From a virus (lineage: Duplodnaviria > Caudoviricetes): a stretch of DNA of 62,758 nt. The first letter of the stretch is position 1. Each line of letters starts with the position of its first letter. The notes beneath the pieces were generated by a model. The model made no database searches. It was not told where the DNA came from and saw only the letters and a list, made by a program, of their open reading frames with translations. A program made the translations under genes and the position numbers. Below, piece by piece: positions 1 through 8,806 of the stretch. The DNA is taken from IMG/VR virus record IMGVR_UViG_3300050033_000335, positions 1 through 62,758 of that record. One strand, given 5' to 3'.

Positions 1-1447
1 GCTACGATAAATCATCATGGAAATCAACGACCAATACCATAACGGTTATCATACTGGCATCATGCGTGATGACAATATCCTGATAGGCCCTAGGATAAGG
101 TTTGACCTGCATAATATCAGTGACGATGAATTGCGTTTTTGGTCTACTCAAGAAATTGGGATACCAACACGGCCAATTCAACGTGCTTACAAATTCCGGA
201 TCACTGACGTGACCCCTGAACAAGTCCAGCAGATGTCACAATATTTTGGTAATGAGCGGTTCCTCTGGAACAAACTGGTGGCCGAGCAGAAAGCCCTTCG
301 AGTATCCGGTCAGAAAGCTTTGAGCCACTTCGACATGAACAAACTGATTACCTTACTAAAGGTCGATCATCCATTTTTAAAGGAGTCTCCATCACAGGCA
401 CTGCAGGCCCGTGCCGGCGCCCTTGCAAAAGGGCAAAAAGCTGCCTTAGACAAGAAGAACCCTGCAACATTTCCTGACTTTAAGAAGAAAGGGAAGTGCT
501 CTGAAAGTTTCACTCTGTTGCAAGGATGTACCCTATTACAGCCAGATTGCATCACAGTCCCAAAACTTGGCAATTTGTACTTCATCAATGGTGGCAATAA
601 CCCTGCACGACAAAAGACAATGCGCATCATTAATGGGAACGTCAATTCGGTAACCATCAGTTTTAAGCAGAATGCATATTGGATTTCCATCCAGACAGAA
701 CTTACCGTAGAGCCACTACCACACCCGAGCATCAGCGAGGCGGCCCTAGATCTAGGCGTAGCCAGGTTCTGCACTCTCTCTAACGGCGAGTTTTTCTTGC
801 CATTAAACGCTTTCAAGGCAAAGCAAGATCGATTGGCAATAATGCAAAGGCAACTGTCGCGCCAGGTGAAATTGTCCAACAACTGGCATTTTCTTAAAAA
901 CAAGATTAACAAACTACACTGCAAAATCGCCAACATGCGCAAGGACTTTCTTCATAAAATCTCGACCTATCTCTGCAACAGCCACGCAGTGATCTATGTT
1001 GAGGACCTGAAGGTCAAGAACATGATGGCATCAGCAGCCGGCACTATCGAGAATCCTGGTAAAAACGTGAAGCAGAAATCTGGCCTTAATCGGAGCATCG
1101 CAGACCAAGGATGGGCCATGTTTCTGGGATTCCTGCGCTATAAGCAGGACTGGCGTGGTGGCAGAGTCATAGAAGTGCCACCATATTTCACAAGTCAGCG
1201 GTGTCCGAAATGCGGGTTTACCCATGCGCTTAATCGGGAGGACCAGAGCCATTTCGGTTGCATCAATCCAGAATGTAATTTTACAGCAAATGCAGACTAT
1301 GTAGCGTCATTGAACATCAAAGTGAAAGGGCAGACGGCCCCGGATAGCCTGGTAGTATTGTCGCGCCAGTCAAGGGCGATAAAATCAGGAACTTGCAGTG
1401 CGTGAGCCTGTGAGAATCTCCGTCCTTCAGGGCGGAGAGTACGTCAA
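1..1447 (+). mobile_element. IS200/IS605-family (IS1341-like) element, left end outside the window
   Basis: tnpB ORF followed by typical right end GAATCTCCGTCCTTCAGGGCGGAGAGTACGTCAA (subterminal hairpin 1417-1438, terminal TCAA at 1444-1447); no tnpA or left end visible. Confidence 0.85.
17..1405 (+). CDS. tnpB: RNA-guided endonuclease TnpB
   Basis: QRAYKFRI N-terminal motif, RuvC-I ALDLG, RuvC-II VEDL, zinc finger CPKC..CINPEC, RuvC-III NADYVASLNI; start codon uncertain. Confidence 0.95.
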   Translation: MEINDQYHNGYHTGIMRDDNILIGPRIRFDLHNISDDELRFWSTQEIGIPTRPIQRAYKFRITDVTPEQVQQMSQYFGNERFLWNKLVAEQKALRVSGQKALSHFDMNKLITLLKVDHPFLKESPSQALQARAGALAKGQKAALDKKNPATFPDFKKKGKCSESFTLLQGCTLLQPDCITVPKLGNLYFINGGNNPARQKTMRIINGNVNSVTISFKQNAYWISIQTELTVEPLPHPSISEAALDLGVARFCTLSNGEFFLPLNAFKAKQDRLAIMQRQLSRQVKLSNNWHFLKNKINKLHCKIANMRKDFLHKISTYLCNSHAVIYVEDLKVKNMMASAAGTIENPGKNVKQKSGLNRSIADQGWAMFLGFLRYKQDWRGGRVIEVPPYFTSQRCPKCGFTHALNREDQSHFGCINPECNFTANADYVASLNIKVKGQTAPDSLVVLSRQSRAIKSGTCSA

Positions 1448-1467
1448 CTGGGAGATTATTCAATCCC
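1300..1467 (+). ncRNA. putative omega/reRNA (scaffold ends 1447, guide approx. 1448-1467)
   Basis: Established: TnpB guide RNA derives from the element right end plus flanking DNA; right-end hairpin and TCAA seen; 5' boundary is a guess. Confidence 0.6.
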
Positions 1468-1676
1468 TAGCCTGGATGTTCTTAATATATATAATCCTTC
1501 AGGTTATGATCGGATGCTCCTCATTTCCTTATAAAATGACAGGTTTTGATGTTAGCGCGACCGGTGGCCAGCAATTTTGGAATAATGGCCCTGGGCCGTC
1601 TCAGCCGTACTTTACTGAGAGTATTACGGTTAGTGGGCATTTTTCAGATCCGCGGTATCTTAGGGAAAATAAGTGA
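1398..1676 (+). CDS. small membrane/lipoprotein-like protein, probably the 3' part of the gene hit by the IS
   Basis: Hydrophobic stretch ending VMIGC (lipobox-like) directly after the IS end; first ~17 codons come from IS DNA. Confidence 0.45.
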   Translation: MREPVRISVLQGGEYVNWEIIQSLAWMFLIYIILQVMIGCSSFPYKMTGFDVSATGGQQFWNNGPGPSQPYFTESITVSGHFSDPRYLRENK

Positions 1677-1778
1677 AGGACAAGGTTACACTGCTGGAGG
1701 TATATCTAAAATGATATTCCCAGTGAAGGACAAGGTTACACTGCTGGAGGTATATCTAAAATGATATTCCCAGTGAAG
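1672..1778 (+). repeat. 50-bp tandem repeat, 2 copies + 7 bp
   Basis: AGTGAAGGACAAGGTTACACTGCTGGAGGTATATCTAAAATGATATTCCC at 1672 and 1722, partial at 1772. Confidence 0.97.
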
Positions 1779-1922
1779 CAGTGGCAGCATGGTAAGTACA
1801 TTGCAGTATGTGTATTTAAGCATCATAGTTATACCTGTAGTTTGTTCTTTGACAATTTAATGCTTCGATTCGCTCAGCTCGGGACAGAGAACCGCCGGGC
1901 TATTGTAGTTTGCAGAATATGA
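1761..1922 (+). CDS. 53-aa hypothetical protein coupled to terL
   Basis: GGAGG RBS, ATG 1761, open to TGA 1920-1922 overlapping terL ATG (ATGA). Confidence 0.5.
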   Translation: MIFPVKQWQHGKYIAVCVFKHHSYTCSLFFDNLMLRFAQLGTENRRAIVVCRI

Positions 1923-3751
1923 GTAGCCCTTACCCCAAAATCCAGTTTCCTTTAATATTGGCCCCACTTTTTGAGCCGCATCTTTATAAAGTTGTATGGG
2001 GTGGCCGTGGAGGACTTAAAACAAGAAACATCGCCCAGGCTTTGGTAATCCTGGGCGCTGCTACATCTATCAGAGTAATTTGTTGCAGAGAGATCCAAAA
2101 GTCTCTTAAAGATTCAGTACATCAGGAACTAGCCGATGCTATAGTTCGTGCTGGGCTTGATGATTATTATCGCATCCTGGATAATGAGATCCGGGGTATA
2201 AATAATGGTACATTCTTCATCTTCACTGGTCTTAAATCCAATAGCTCCTCGATTAAATCCACAGCAGCTTTAAATATAGCTTGGGTAGAAGAAGCCGAAG
2301 GTGTATCTAAATCATCGTGGGAGTTCCTTGAACCTACGATGAGAACACCTTGGCTATTACCCTGCCAGTTCTGGCCCATAGGTACTAAGTTCACGCCGGA
2401 AGAACGAAGATTAAATGGTCGGTGGGTAGATCCTGAGATCTGGTGTTCATTCAATCCAGATGATGAGACTGACGAAACATATGTTAAATTTGTAGGAGGA
2501 GATCCGCCTAGATCAGGATGGAAGCCGCCGCCCGGAGCCTGGATATGTATGACTTCTTGGCGTGATAATCCATGGATGCCAAGTAATCTTATCATGCAGA
2601 AGGACCATCTTGAGGCCACTGATTATGATGCTTATCTTCATGTGTGGGAAGGTAAGCCCAGAAAGATGTCTGCAGCTCAAGTACTTCGAGATAAATATGT
2701 GAAGCAATGGTTCGAACCCGATCCAGACACATGGGATGGCCCATATGATGGAACTGACTGGGGATTCTCTAGTGATCCATCAGCTCATAGCCGATGCTGG
2801 GTATTCCAAAGACGATTATATATAGAATATGGTTATTATGGCTATGGTGTGGAGAATGATGATCTATCTGAATGGTTGAATCAAATGCCCGATGCAGCTA
2901 GGCAAGTAAATAGGGCAGACTGTGCCAGGCCAGAAACTATCAGCCATTGTCGCAGGCATGGTCATCCGTTAATGATACCGTGTGAGAAATGGCCAGGATC
3001 AGTAGAAGATGGAGTTTCATACCTACGTGGTGAATTTGATCAGATTGTAATCCACCCGAGATGTGAATCAGCACTGGAAGAAGCTCGGTTATGGTCCTAT
3101 GAGATAGATAAGAATAGTCAAGAAGTATTGCCTAAACTAAAGAAAGGCCATGATCATATAATGGATTCTATACGTTACGCTATAGGCCCACTCATTCGAG
3201 GCGCTGTTAAGTTGCCTGGTAACTGGTGGCGTAGATGGACTGAGACAGAAGCCACGGAACGAGCCATTTCAATCAAGTACGTCATTGTAACCGTTGATGA
3301 AACAACAGAAGGAGCTGCTGAACTACGGGCCGTATTCCAATTATGGGGTGTTGGTGGCTATAGTAAGATATTCCTGTTAAAAGAGGCAGGCTGTTTTGGC
3401 CTATTACCTGAGATCATGGATGAGATAGCTAAATTCTGGGAGGAATGTGCCCAGTTTGGCAGTTATGTTAAAGCAGCTAGTGAGTTATGGTGTGAGAGTA
3501 AATCAATTGGATCTACATTGATCAAAACTCTACGCGCAAAAGGTATACCTGCAAGGGAATGGGATCAAGAAGATTTGAGCATGAATGATCCATCCTGGAG
3601 GGCAAAGCAAGCTTCAGTTCATCTGCATGACGGTAGGGTATATATTCCAGTTGGCCCATGTATAGCTATGCAAGAAATAGAAGGTCTTGCCACTAATGCG
3701 TTAACTCTAGCATTAATGGTTTGGCAGAAGAGGGGCGGGGGCGTAGGATAA
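1919..3751 (+). CDS. terL: terminase large subunit (PBSX-type) with extra C-terminal domain
   Basis: GGRGGLKT Walker A, CCREIQKSLKDSV, WVEEAE Walker B, GTDWGFSSDP, ADCARPETI, HDHIMDSIRYA. Confidence 0.95.
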   Translation: MSSPYPKIQFPLILAPLFEPHLYKVVWGGRGGLKTRNIAQALVILGAATSIRVICCREIQKSLKDSVHQELADAIVRAGLDDYYRILDNEIRGINNGTFFIFTGLKSNSSSIKSTAALNIAWVEEAEGVSKSSWEFLEPTMRTPWLLPCQFWPIGTKFTPEERRLNGRWVDPEIWCSFNPDDETDETYVKFVGGDPPRSGWKPPPGAWICMTSWRDNPWMPSNLIMQKDHLEATDYDAYLHVWEGKPRKMSAAQVLRDKYVKQWFEPDPDTWDGPYDGTDWGFSSDPSAHSRCWVFQRRLYIEYGYYGYGVENDDLSEWLNQMPDAARQVNRADCARPETISHCRRHGHPLMIPCEKWPGSVEDGVSYLRGEFDQIVIHPRCESALEEARLWSYEIDKNSQEVLPKLKKGHDHIMDSIRYAIGPLIRGAVKLPGNWWRRWTETEATERAISIKYVIVTVDETTEGAAELRAVFQLWGVGGYSKIFLLKEAGCFGLLPEIMDEIAKFWEECAQFGSYVKAASELWCESKSIGSTLIKTLRAKGIPAREWDQEDLSMNDPSWRAKQASVHLHDGRVYIPVGPCIAMQEIEGLATNALTLALMVWQKRGGGVG

Positions 3752-3760
3752 GGAGAAAAA

Positions 3761-3966
3761 ATGATATTCCCAGTGAATACACTGGAGGTATATCTGGAGG
3801 CATATCTAAAATGATATTTCCAGTGAATACACTGGAGGTATATCTGGAGGCATATCTAAAATGATATTCCCAGTGAATACACTGGAGGTATATCTGGAGG
3901 CATATCTAAAATGATATTCCCAGTGAATACACTGGAGGTATATCTGGAGGCATATCTAAAATGATA
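3761..3966 (+). repeat. 50-bp tandem repeat, 4 copies
   Basis: ATGATATTCCCAGTGAATACACTGGAGGTATATCTGGAGGCATATCTAAA at 3761, 3811, 3861, 3911 (one substitution in copy 2), partial at 3961. Confidence 0.98.
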
Positions 3967-4269
3967 GATAATTGGGTCTGGCCTTCCCCGCTAGGGGGGA
4001 TAGAGCGGATTCGTCAGGAGTGGACGCCTTTTTTCACATGATTAAAGATTAAAATTATCGGCTAAAAATTAATATTAAAATTGGTTCGCGATTATAAATT
4101 TGTGGTATATTATAAATATGGGAAGAGCTGCTGGCATGATTGAAGGATTCTCCAGTAAAGGTGCCCAGCTTTTTACCTCCTACCGCAGTAAGATTCTAAT
4201 CTGGGCCACAAACCACAATTTAATTAAGCTAACCCGTCAAAAACAGGATTAAGAGAAAAGGAGCTACCT

Positions 4270-4452
4270 ATGAAACTCAAAGATTTATTGCCATCAGCAA
4301 TAGACGTGACATTCTGTGCAGATTGTACCTATAAATGGGAATTAGTTGGTAGTCACTGTTTAACTTGTATTGAGGATGAATTCACTCAGAAGGTTATAGG
4401 CCCAGCGGAGACGAATGGCTGGGCGGAGAAGGATAAATATAAGGAGATTTAA
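4270..4452 (+). CDS. small Cys-containing hypothetical protein
   Basis: AAGGAG RBS; CADC and CLTC pairs. Confidence 0.6.
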   Translation: MKLKDLLPSAIDVTFCADCTYKWELVGSHCLTCIEDEFTQKVIGPAETNGWAEKDKYKEI

Positions 4453-4557
4453 TATTGACTGCACAAGAATGTCGGGAAGCTGGCTGTCCAGGGATAGATA
4501 GTGATAGCGGGATTCGGTGCTGGCAAGTTAAGGGTTGCCCAGCTTGGGAGGTTAACC

Positions 4558-4761
4558 ATGGCCAAGTTAATAGAAAAGTGGAAAGAAACGGAATGGAGCA
4601 AGCGGATTTGGGCTGATGGTCCCTCGAAGTCCCCAAAGGTTCTTTGCCGAGTATGTAATGAGCCAGTAAATCCATTAAATCATTATCAACGCTTTGATGA
4701 GAGTCTTTGTACTTCTTGTTATTGTTGGAGCTTTCAGTATATACGAGGATACGGATTGTAA
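4558..4761 (+). CDS. small zinc-finger-like hypothetical protein
   Basis: GGAGG RBS before ATG 4558; CRVC...CTSC. Confidence 0.55.
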   Translation: MAKLIEKWKETEWSKRIWADGPSKSPKVLCRVCNEPVNPLNHYQRFDESLCTSCYCWSFQYIRGYGL

Positions 4762-4771
4762 AGGAGGTATT

Positions 4772-5335
4772 ATGCATCATATAAATCATACCCTGTTTTT
4801 GGATGCTTATGCAAAGTCATTAGTCCTTCCAAAACTTAACTCAGCAACTACAATGGGAGTTAATCAATTACTCTCTTTTATAGAGGCCGATCCTTGTATT
4901 AACGACCTACGATGGGGGGCATACTTGTTGGCTACTGCTCTTTGGGAGACAGGCCATACATACTTTCCTATAGCTGAATATGGTCGGGGTGATGGCCATC
5001 CGTATGGGAAACCTGCGGCTAATGGCCAGATCTATTACGGGCGTGGATATGTCCAGTTGACCTGGGAAGATAATTACAAGCTAATGTCTCAGCTACTTGG
5101 AGTTAATTTGCTGGATGATCCAGATCTGGCCTTAGTTCCAGAACATGCTTATAAGATTATGAGTATAGGCATGCGGTGCGGAGATTTTACTGGGGTTAAC
5201 CTGCATAGGTTCATTGATGATGACTCTTGTGATTATGTTAATGCTCGCAGAATTATTAACGGTAGAGACCAGGCCGAACGAATTGCCGGTTATGCTGTAT
5301 CTATTCATGATGCTTTGTATGGGGCCGTGATATGA
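4772..5335 (+). CDS. endolysin, glycoside hydrolase family 19 (chitinase-like)
   Basis: AYLLATALWET, YYGRGYVQLTWEDNY, ARRIING; AAGGAGG RBS before ATG 4772. Confidence 0.9.
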   Translation: MHHINHTLFLDAYAKSLVLPKLNSATTMGVNQLLSFIEADPCINDLRWGAYLLATALWETGHTYFPIAEYGRGDGHPYGKPAANGQIYYGRGYVQLTWEDNYKLMSQLLGVNLLDDPDLALVPEHAYKIMSIGMRCGDFTGVNLHRFIDDDSCDYVNARRIINGRDQAERIAGYAVSIHDALYGAVI

Positions 5336-5496
5336 AAGTTTTATGCCCAGACCCAGATTGTGGTGGTGCATTAATATATTGCGCTAATTCAGGGCTAGAA
5401 TCCCTTACATATCATTGTAGTAAATGTAAAGCCAAATGGGTGGCCCATAAGGAAGAAAAGGAGATAATTGATGGAATGCCTGACATTATTGCTTGA
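5332..5496 (+). CDS. small zinc-ribbon hypothetical protein
   Basis: ATGA overlap with endolysin stop; CPDPDC...CSKC. Confidence 0.5.
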   Translation: MKVLCPDPDCGGALIYCANSGLESLTYHCSKCKAKWVAHKEEKEIIDGMPDIIA

Positions 5497-5725
5497 TTAC
5501 AATGCATGGCTTGATTGGGAAATGGAAGTTTGCGATCTTGATAATGAAGATGAAGACTCTTATGCAAAACGTACTGAACCAAAGAAGTTTCCCTGCTATA
5601 TAGGAACTGAAATAGTGGGCTGGGAGGATGGCCCTAATGGAGAGGAGAATGTCGGTCAGCCATTATTTGCTCCGGTTTTCTTCTATGAAGAAGATCTAAA
5701 GAAGATGTTGGAGGAATTGAAATGA
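5471..5725 (+). CDS. acidic hypothetical protein
   Basis: AAGGAG RBS, ORF in operon context. Confidence 0.6.
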   Translation: MECLTLLLDYNAWLDWEMEVCDLDNEDEDSYAKRTEPKKFPCYIGTEIVGWEDGPNGEENVGQPLFAPVFFYEEDLKKMLEELK

Positions 5726-5922
5726 TTATTAAAGACAATATTGAATGTTCAATGAGCACGTGCATACATTGTTATAAGGGTGAATGTTTTCATCTTGATC
5801 CGAACATTGGGTATTCAGAAACTGATAGCCGATGCGGGTCTCTTGATAAAGGAACAGGATCAGCTAAGAGCAAATCCGGGTCTGCGGGAAATAGCCCAAT
5901 GATTATGGTGATAGGAGAGTGA
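5722..5922 (+). CDS. Cys-rich hypothetical protein
   Basis: GGAGG RBS, ATGA overlap. Confidence 0.55.
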   Translation: MIIKDNIECSMSTCIHCYKGECFHLDPNIGYSETDSRCGSLDKGTGSAKSKSGSAGNSPMIMVIGE

Positions 5923-5931
5923 ACTAAAAGG

Positions 5932-5960
5932 TTTACTTTTTAACCAGAATTTGATATAAT
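5932..5960 (+). promoter_or_regulatory. sigma70-type promoter for portal operon
   Basis: TTTACT-17 bp-TATAAT with TG extended -10. Confidence 0.8.
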
Positions 5961-5983
5961 ATTTAAGATTATTTAGAGTGCTA

Positions 5984-6039
5984 AACAGGATTATAGGAAG
6001 CCGAGTCACCCATCTAGGGGTGACTCGACTTTTCTTTTG
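5984..6039 (+). terminator. 56-bp leader element with intrinsic-terminator hairpin, copy 1
   Basis: AAGCCGAGTCACCC-loop-GGGTGACTCGACTT followed by T tract; 55/56 identical to 12991-13046. Confidence 0.8.
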
Positions 6040-6058
6040 TAGTTTAGAGGAGACGGCT

Positions 6059-7879
6059 TTGATTAAAAGATCTAATCAAAATACCCACGAAAACCTCGGA
6101 TCGGTAGTACGCTCTAAAGCCAAGCTTCAGAGGGTTAAAAATATGAGGATCACTTCAGCAGGAGCTGGAGGACGAGGAGATAGAGCAGCTGCTGCTAGTG
6201 TGCCATTTTATTCAAATAACCCCGAAACTTTTACAAATCCGCTAGAAAGATGGCGCGAGTATGCGTTGATGTACCAGACTTCGTGGGAAATTCGAAAGAT
6301 AGTCAATATCCCAGTAGATGACGCTCTACGTAAACCGCCTACGCTAAAAGGAATTTCAGATGAAGCCGGTACTATCCTAAAGAAAAAATTAGATAAGCTG
6401 CAGTGGATACCGGTTACTAAAAGAGCACTTAAACTGGAACGCTTGTTAGGCGGTTGTCTTCAATTTATGGGGTTGGAAGCTGATAATGATGATTCATCTC
6501 AGCCATACCATCCAACCGAAGGTAAAAAACTGTTATTTATGAATTCTATTCCTATATCTAGAATCTCTAGGATGAATTGGTCAACAGATCCATTGTCTGC
6601 AAGTTATATGAGACCATCTTCATTCTATGTAAATAATATCGAAGTTCATGTCTCAAGATGTCTTATATGGGATGGATCTCCATTATTTGATTGCAACGAT
6701 TTTGCACTGACTAACTATAGAGCTAATCTGGCTGGCTTTGGAAATAGTGTTATTGGTTGTTTGTTTGATGATGTAGTTATGGCATGCGGGACTAGGCAAG
6801 CAGCTTATCAAATGGTGCAGATGACTGGGGCCATTATAGCTACTATCGATATGCTTCAGGAGATAGGTGGAACTGCCCCAGGACAAGCCAAAGTAAAACA
6901 ACTTGAGCAGATGATTAATGATTTATCTGTTTATAGGGCAACCTTTTTAGCTGGAGATAAAGTTAAAGTCGAATCATTTAACCAGCAATTCGGTTCAATA
7001 CCTGAATTACTTCTAATGTATCTTCAAGTTCTTTCTGCGGCGTCGGACATTCCTGCTAGTCGTTTCTTAGGACAAGCTCCAGGCGGTCTCTCTACAGATG
7101 ATAGATCGGGGCTTGAAAACTATTATAACCAAATAGATGCTTATCAATCTGAACGCATTACACCCCAGTTTATACGGCTATGTGATGTAATAGGATACGC
7201 TGAAATACCAAACTGGGAAAATGAGAGAAAAAAATTAGAAATTGAATGGCCACCACTCTGGAATGAGACAGCAAAAGAGGAAGCAGAGCGAGCAGGTTTG
7301 ACTATTGCCAATGTACTTCAATTAGTAGATGCAGCACTCATGGGTGAAGAGGCTGCTATTGGGGAAATTAATGCTAGAGGAATTCTGGCCACTAAGTTGG
7401 AGAAGTCCGACCTGGAATTACTACAGAGCGCTCAAGATGCCCTTAGCAGGCACTTGGATCTTCCTAATAGTGGTAGTAGCCTCGAAGGAAAAACACCTTC
7501 TACAAATGATTCTAGGGACAATCCTTTTAATAAGCAGCGAGATGAAGAGGAAGATCCAGGTAAGCGGTCTTTTCCCGGTGGGACAAGTGGTGATCAGAAG
7601 TCCAGCCTACAACGGCTAAAGAATATGGCCAAAATCCAGAATGATCTTTCCGACTTTATGCTTAAACATCTAGTCAAAGAAATAGATTACGATCCAGATG
7701 CCTTTGATCTAAATGAAATAAAAGCTGGTTATGTAGTTGAACAGGAACATGCAGATATAACTAAAGGTGAGCCGGAGAAAGTAATGCGAATAGTAATGGC
7801 TCACATGACTGAAAAGAAAGATTATTATTCTGAACTAGAAAAGATGGAACATGAATCGGAACCTGTAGAGTCAAAATAA
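6059..7879 (+). CDS. portal protein (DUF1073-like) with C-terminal DUF5661-like domain
   Basis: MYQTSWEIRKIVNIPVDDALR, EVHVSR, SAASDIPASRFLGQAPGGL, LENYYNQI, IEWPPLW; GAGGAG RBS before TTG 6059. Confidence 0.9.
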   Translation: MIKRSNQNTHENLGSVVRSKAKLQRVKNMRITSAGAGGRGDRAAAASVPFYSNNPETFTNPLERWREYALMYQTSWEIRKIVNIPVDDALRKPPTLKGISDEAGTILKKKLDKLQWIPVTKRALKLERLLGGCLQFMGLEADNDDSSQPYHPTEGKKLLFMNSIPISRISRMNWSTDPLSASYMRPSSFYVNNIEVHVSRCLIWDGSPLFDCNDFALTNYRANLAGFGNSVIGCLFDDVVMACGTRQAAYQMVQMTGAIIATIDMLQEIGGTAPGQAKVKQLEQMINDLSVYRATFLAGDKVKVESFNQQFGSIPELLLMYLQVLSAASDIPASRFLGQAPGGLSTDDRSGLENYYNQIDAYQSERITPQFIRLCDVIGYAEIPNWENERKKLEIEWPPLWNETAKEEAERAGLTIANVLQLVDAALMGEEAAIGEINARGILATKLEKSDLELLQSAQDALSRHLDLPNSGSSLEGKTPSTNDSRDNPFNKQRDEEEDPGKRSFPGGTSGDQKSSLQRLKNMAKIQNDLSDFMLKHLVKEIDYDPDAFDLNEIKAGYVVEQEHADITKGEPEKVMRIVMAHMTEKKDYYSELEKMEHESEPVESK

Positions 7880-8791
7880 ATGGCTTTCCTGCCCACAGAC
7901 AAAGAACTAGCCAAGCTAGCTAAGCGGCGCCCTCGTAGGAGTAGACCGGTCAAACCTAACCGACTGCAAGAGTCTAAACTTTGCCAAGCTATGTCCTTAT
8001 TGTGGAGAGATATACTTCTGCCAGCTACAGAGAGGATTCAATATTTGGTTAGGTCTGGCGCTAGTATCCAAGCCATCACAGACGAACTGGAACGCGCTCT
8101 GTTACTTACCCGTACCCAATATGCTGGCCTAGCTCCTGGAATAATAGACATGTGGAAAGCAGGAGTTAACAGGGAAGTCCAAAACGCTATTGTCAGATCA
8201 ATGACCTCTAGCCTTGGGATTGATCTATCTGCGGTATTAACTCAGCCTGACGTTTCAGAAGCTATGGCTGCAGCTACATTGCGTTCAGTTCAGACGATTA
8301 CTAGCATTCCGTCAGAGTATCTAGGCCAGATAGCGCGGGCTGTAGCTGACAACTTCTCGGGGGTACCTCTTTCTGAAGGTAGATCTTTACTTGGGGAGAT
8401 TCAACAGTTGGGGTTTACATCATATCGGCGATCTAAAATGATAGCCCGTGATCAAACAAGCCGTCTCACAGCAGCGCTTAATGCTCATAGACAGCAGGCT
8501 GTTGGAATAGAGATGTACGTTTGGAGGTGTGTTCTTGATATGGCTGTGGTAGGCAATCCCAGCGGAGTATCGCCTGTGGGAAATAAAGCCCATGGTGATC
8601 ATTGGGATCTTGAAGGTATGTATTGCAAATGGTCTGATAACTCGGTTTATAGTGATGATAAAGGACAGACATGGAAGAAGAGACCATCAGCTTGGTCTAA
8701 ATTAGCTCCTGGGGGGGAAATACTTTGTAGATGCTGGGCAGATCCGATTGTCGATCCACCTAAAATAGTTCAGAAGCTGATAACATACTAA
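7880..8791 (+). CDS. head morphogenesis protein (Mu gpF / SPP1 gp7 family)
   Basis: MIARDQTSRL, YVWRCVLD, PGGEILCRCWADP; follows portal. Confidence 0.9.
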   Translation: MAFLPTDKELAKLAKRRPRRSRPVKPNRLQESKLCQAMSLLWRDILLPATERIQYLVRSGASIQAITDELERALLLTRTQYAGLAPGIIDMWKAGVNREVQNAIVRSMTSSLGIDLSAVLTQPDVSEAMAAATLRSVQTITSIPSEYLGQIARAVADNFSGVPLSEGRSLLGEIQQLGFTSYRRSKMIARDQTSRLTAALNAHRQQAVGIEMYVWRCVLDMAVVGNPSGVSPVGNKAHGDHWDLEGMYCKWSDNSVYSDDKGQTWKKRPSAWSKLAPGGEILCRCWADPIVDPPKIVQKLITY

Positions 8792-8806
8792 TTGGGAGAT
8801 TATAAG

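Noticed and set aside
1843-1854. boxA-like TGTTCTTTGACA upstream of terL
   Set aside because: Lies inside the 1761-1922 ORF, single occurrence, no N-like gene recognised
1672-3966. 50-bp arrays as a CRISPR array serving TnpB/Cas12
   Set aside because: Inserts are identical within each array, there are no unique spacers or cas genes, and TnpB has its own normal IS right end
4119-4230. Riboswitch or tRNA in the 4.1-kb intergenic region
   Set aside because: An imperfect hairpin is present, but I could not match a cloverleaf or known aptamer consensus
5978-6058. Extended portal N-terminus from GTG 5978
   Set aside because: Runs through the leader hairpin; the RBS supports TTG 6059
6059-7879. 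Anti-CBASS Acb1 activity (label often attached to this portal family)
   Set aside because: No 2H-phosphodiesterase HxT motif pair visible; the core is a portal
8793-8803. Internal target for the TnpB guide (TGGGAGATTAT)
   Set aside because: Only 11 nt match, in an RBS region; compatible with chance
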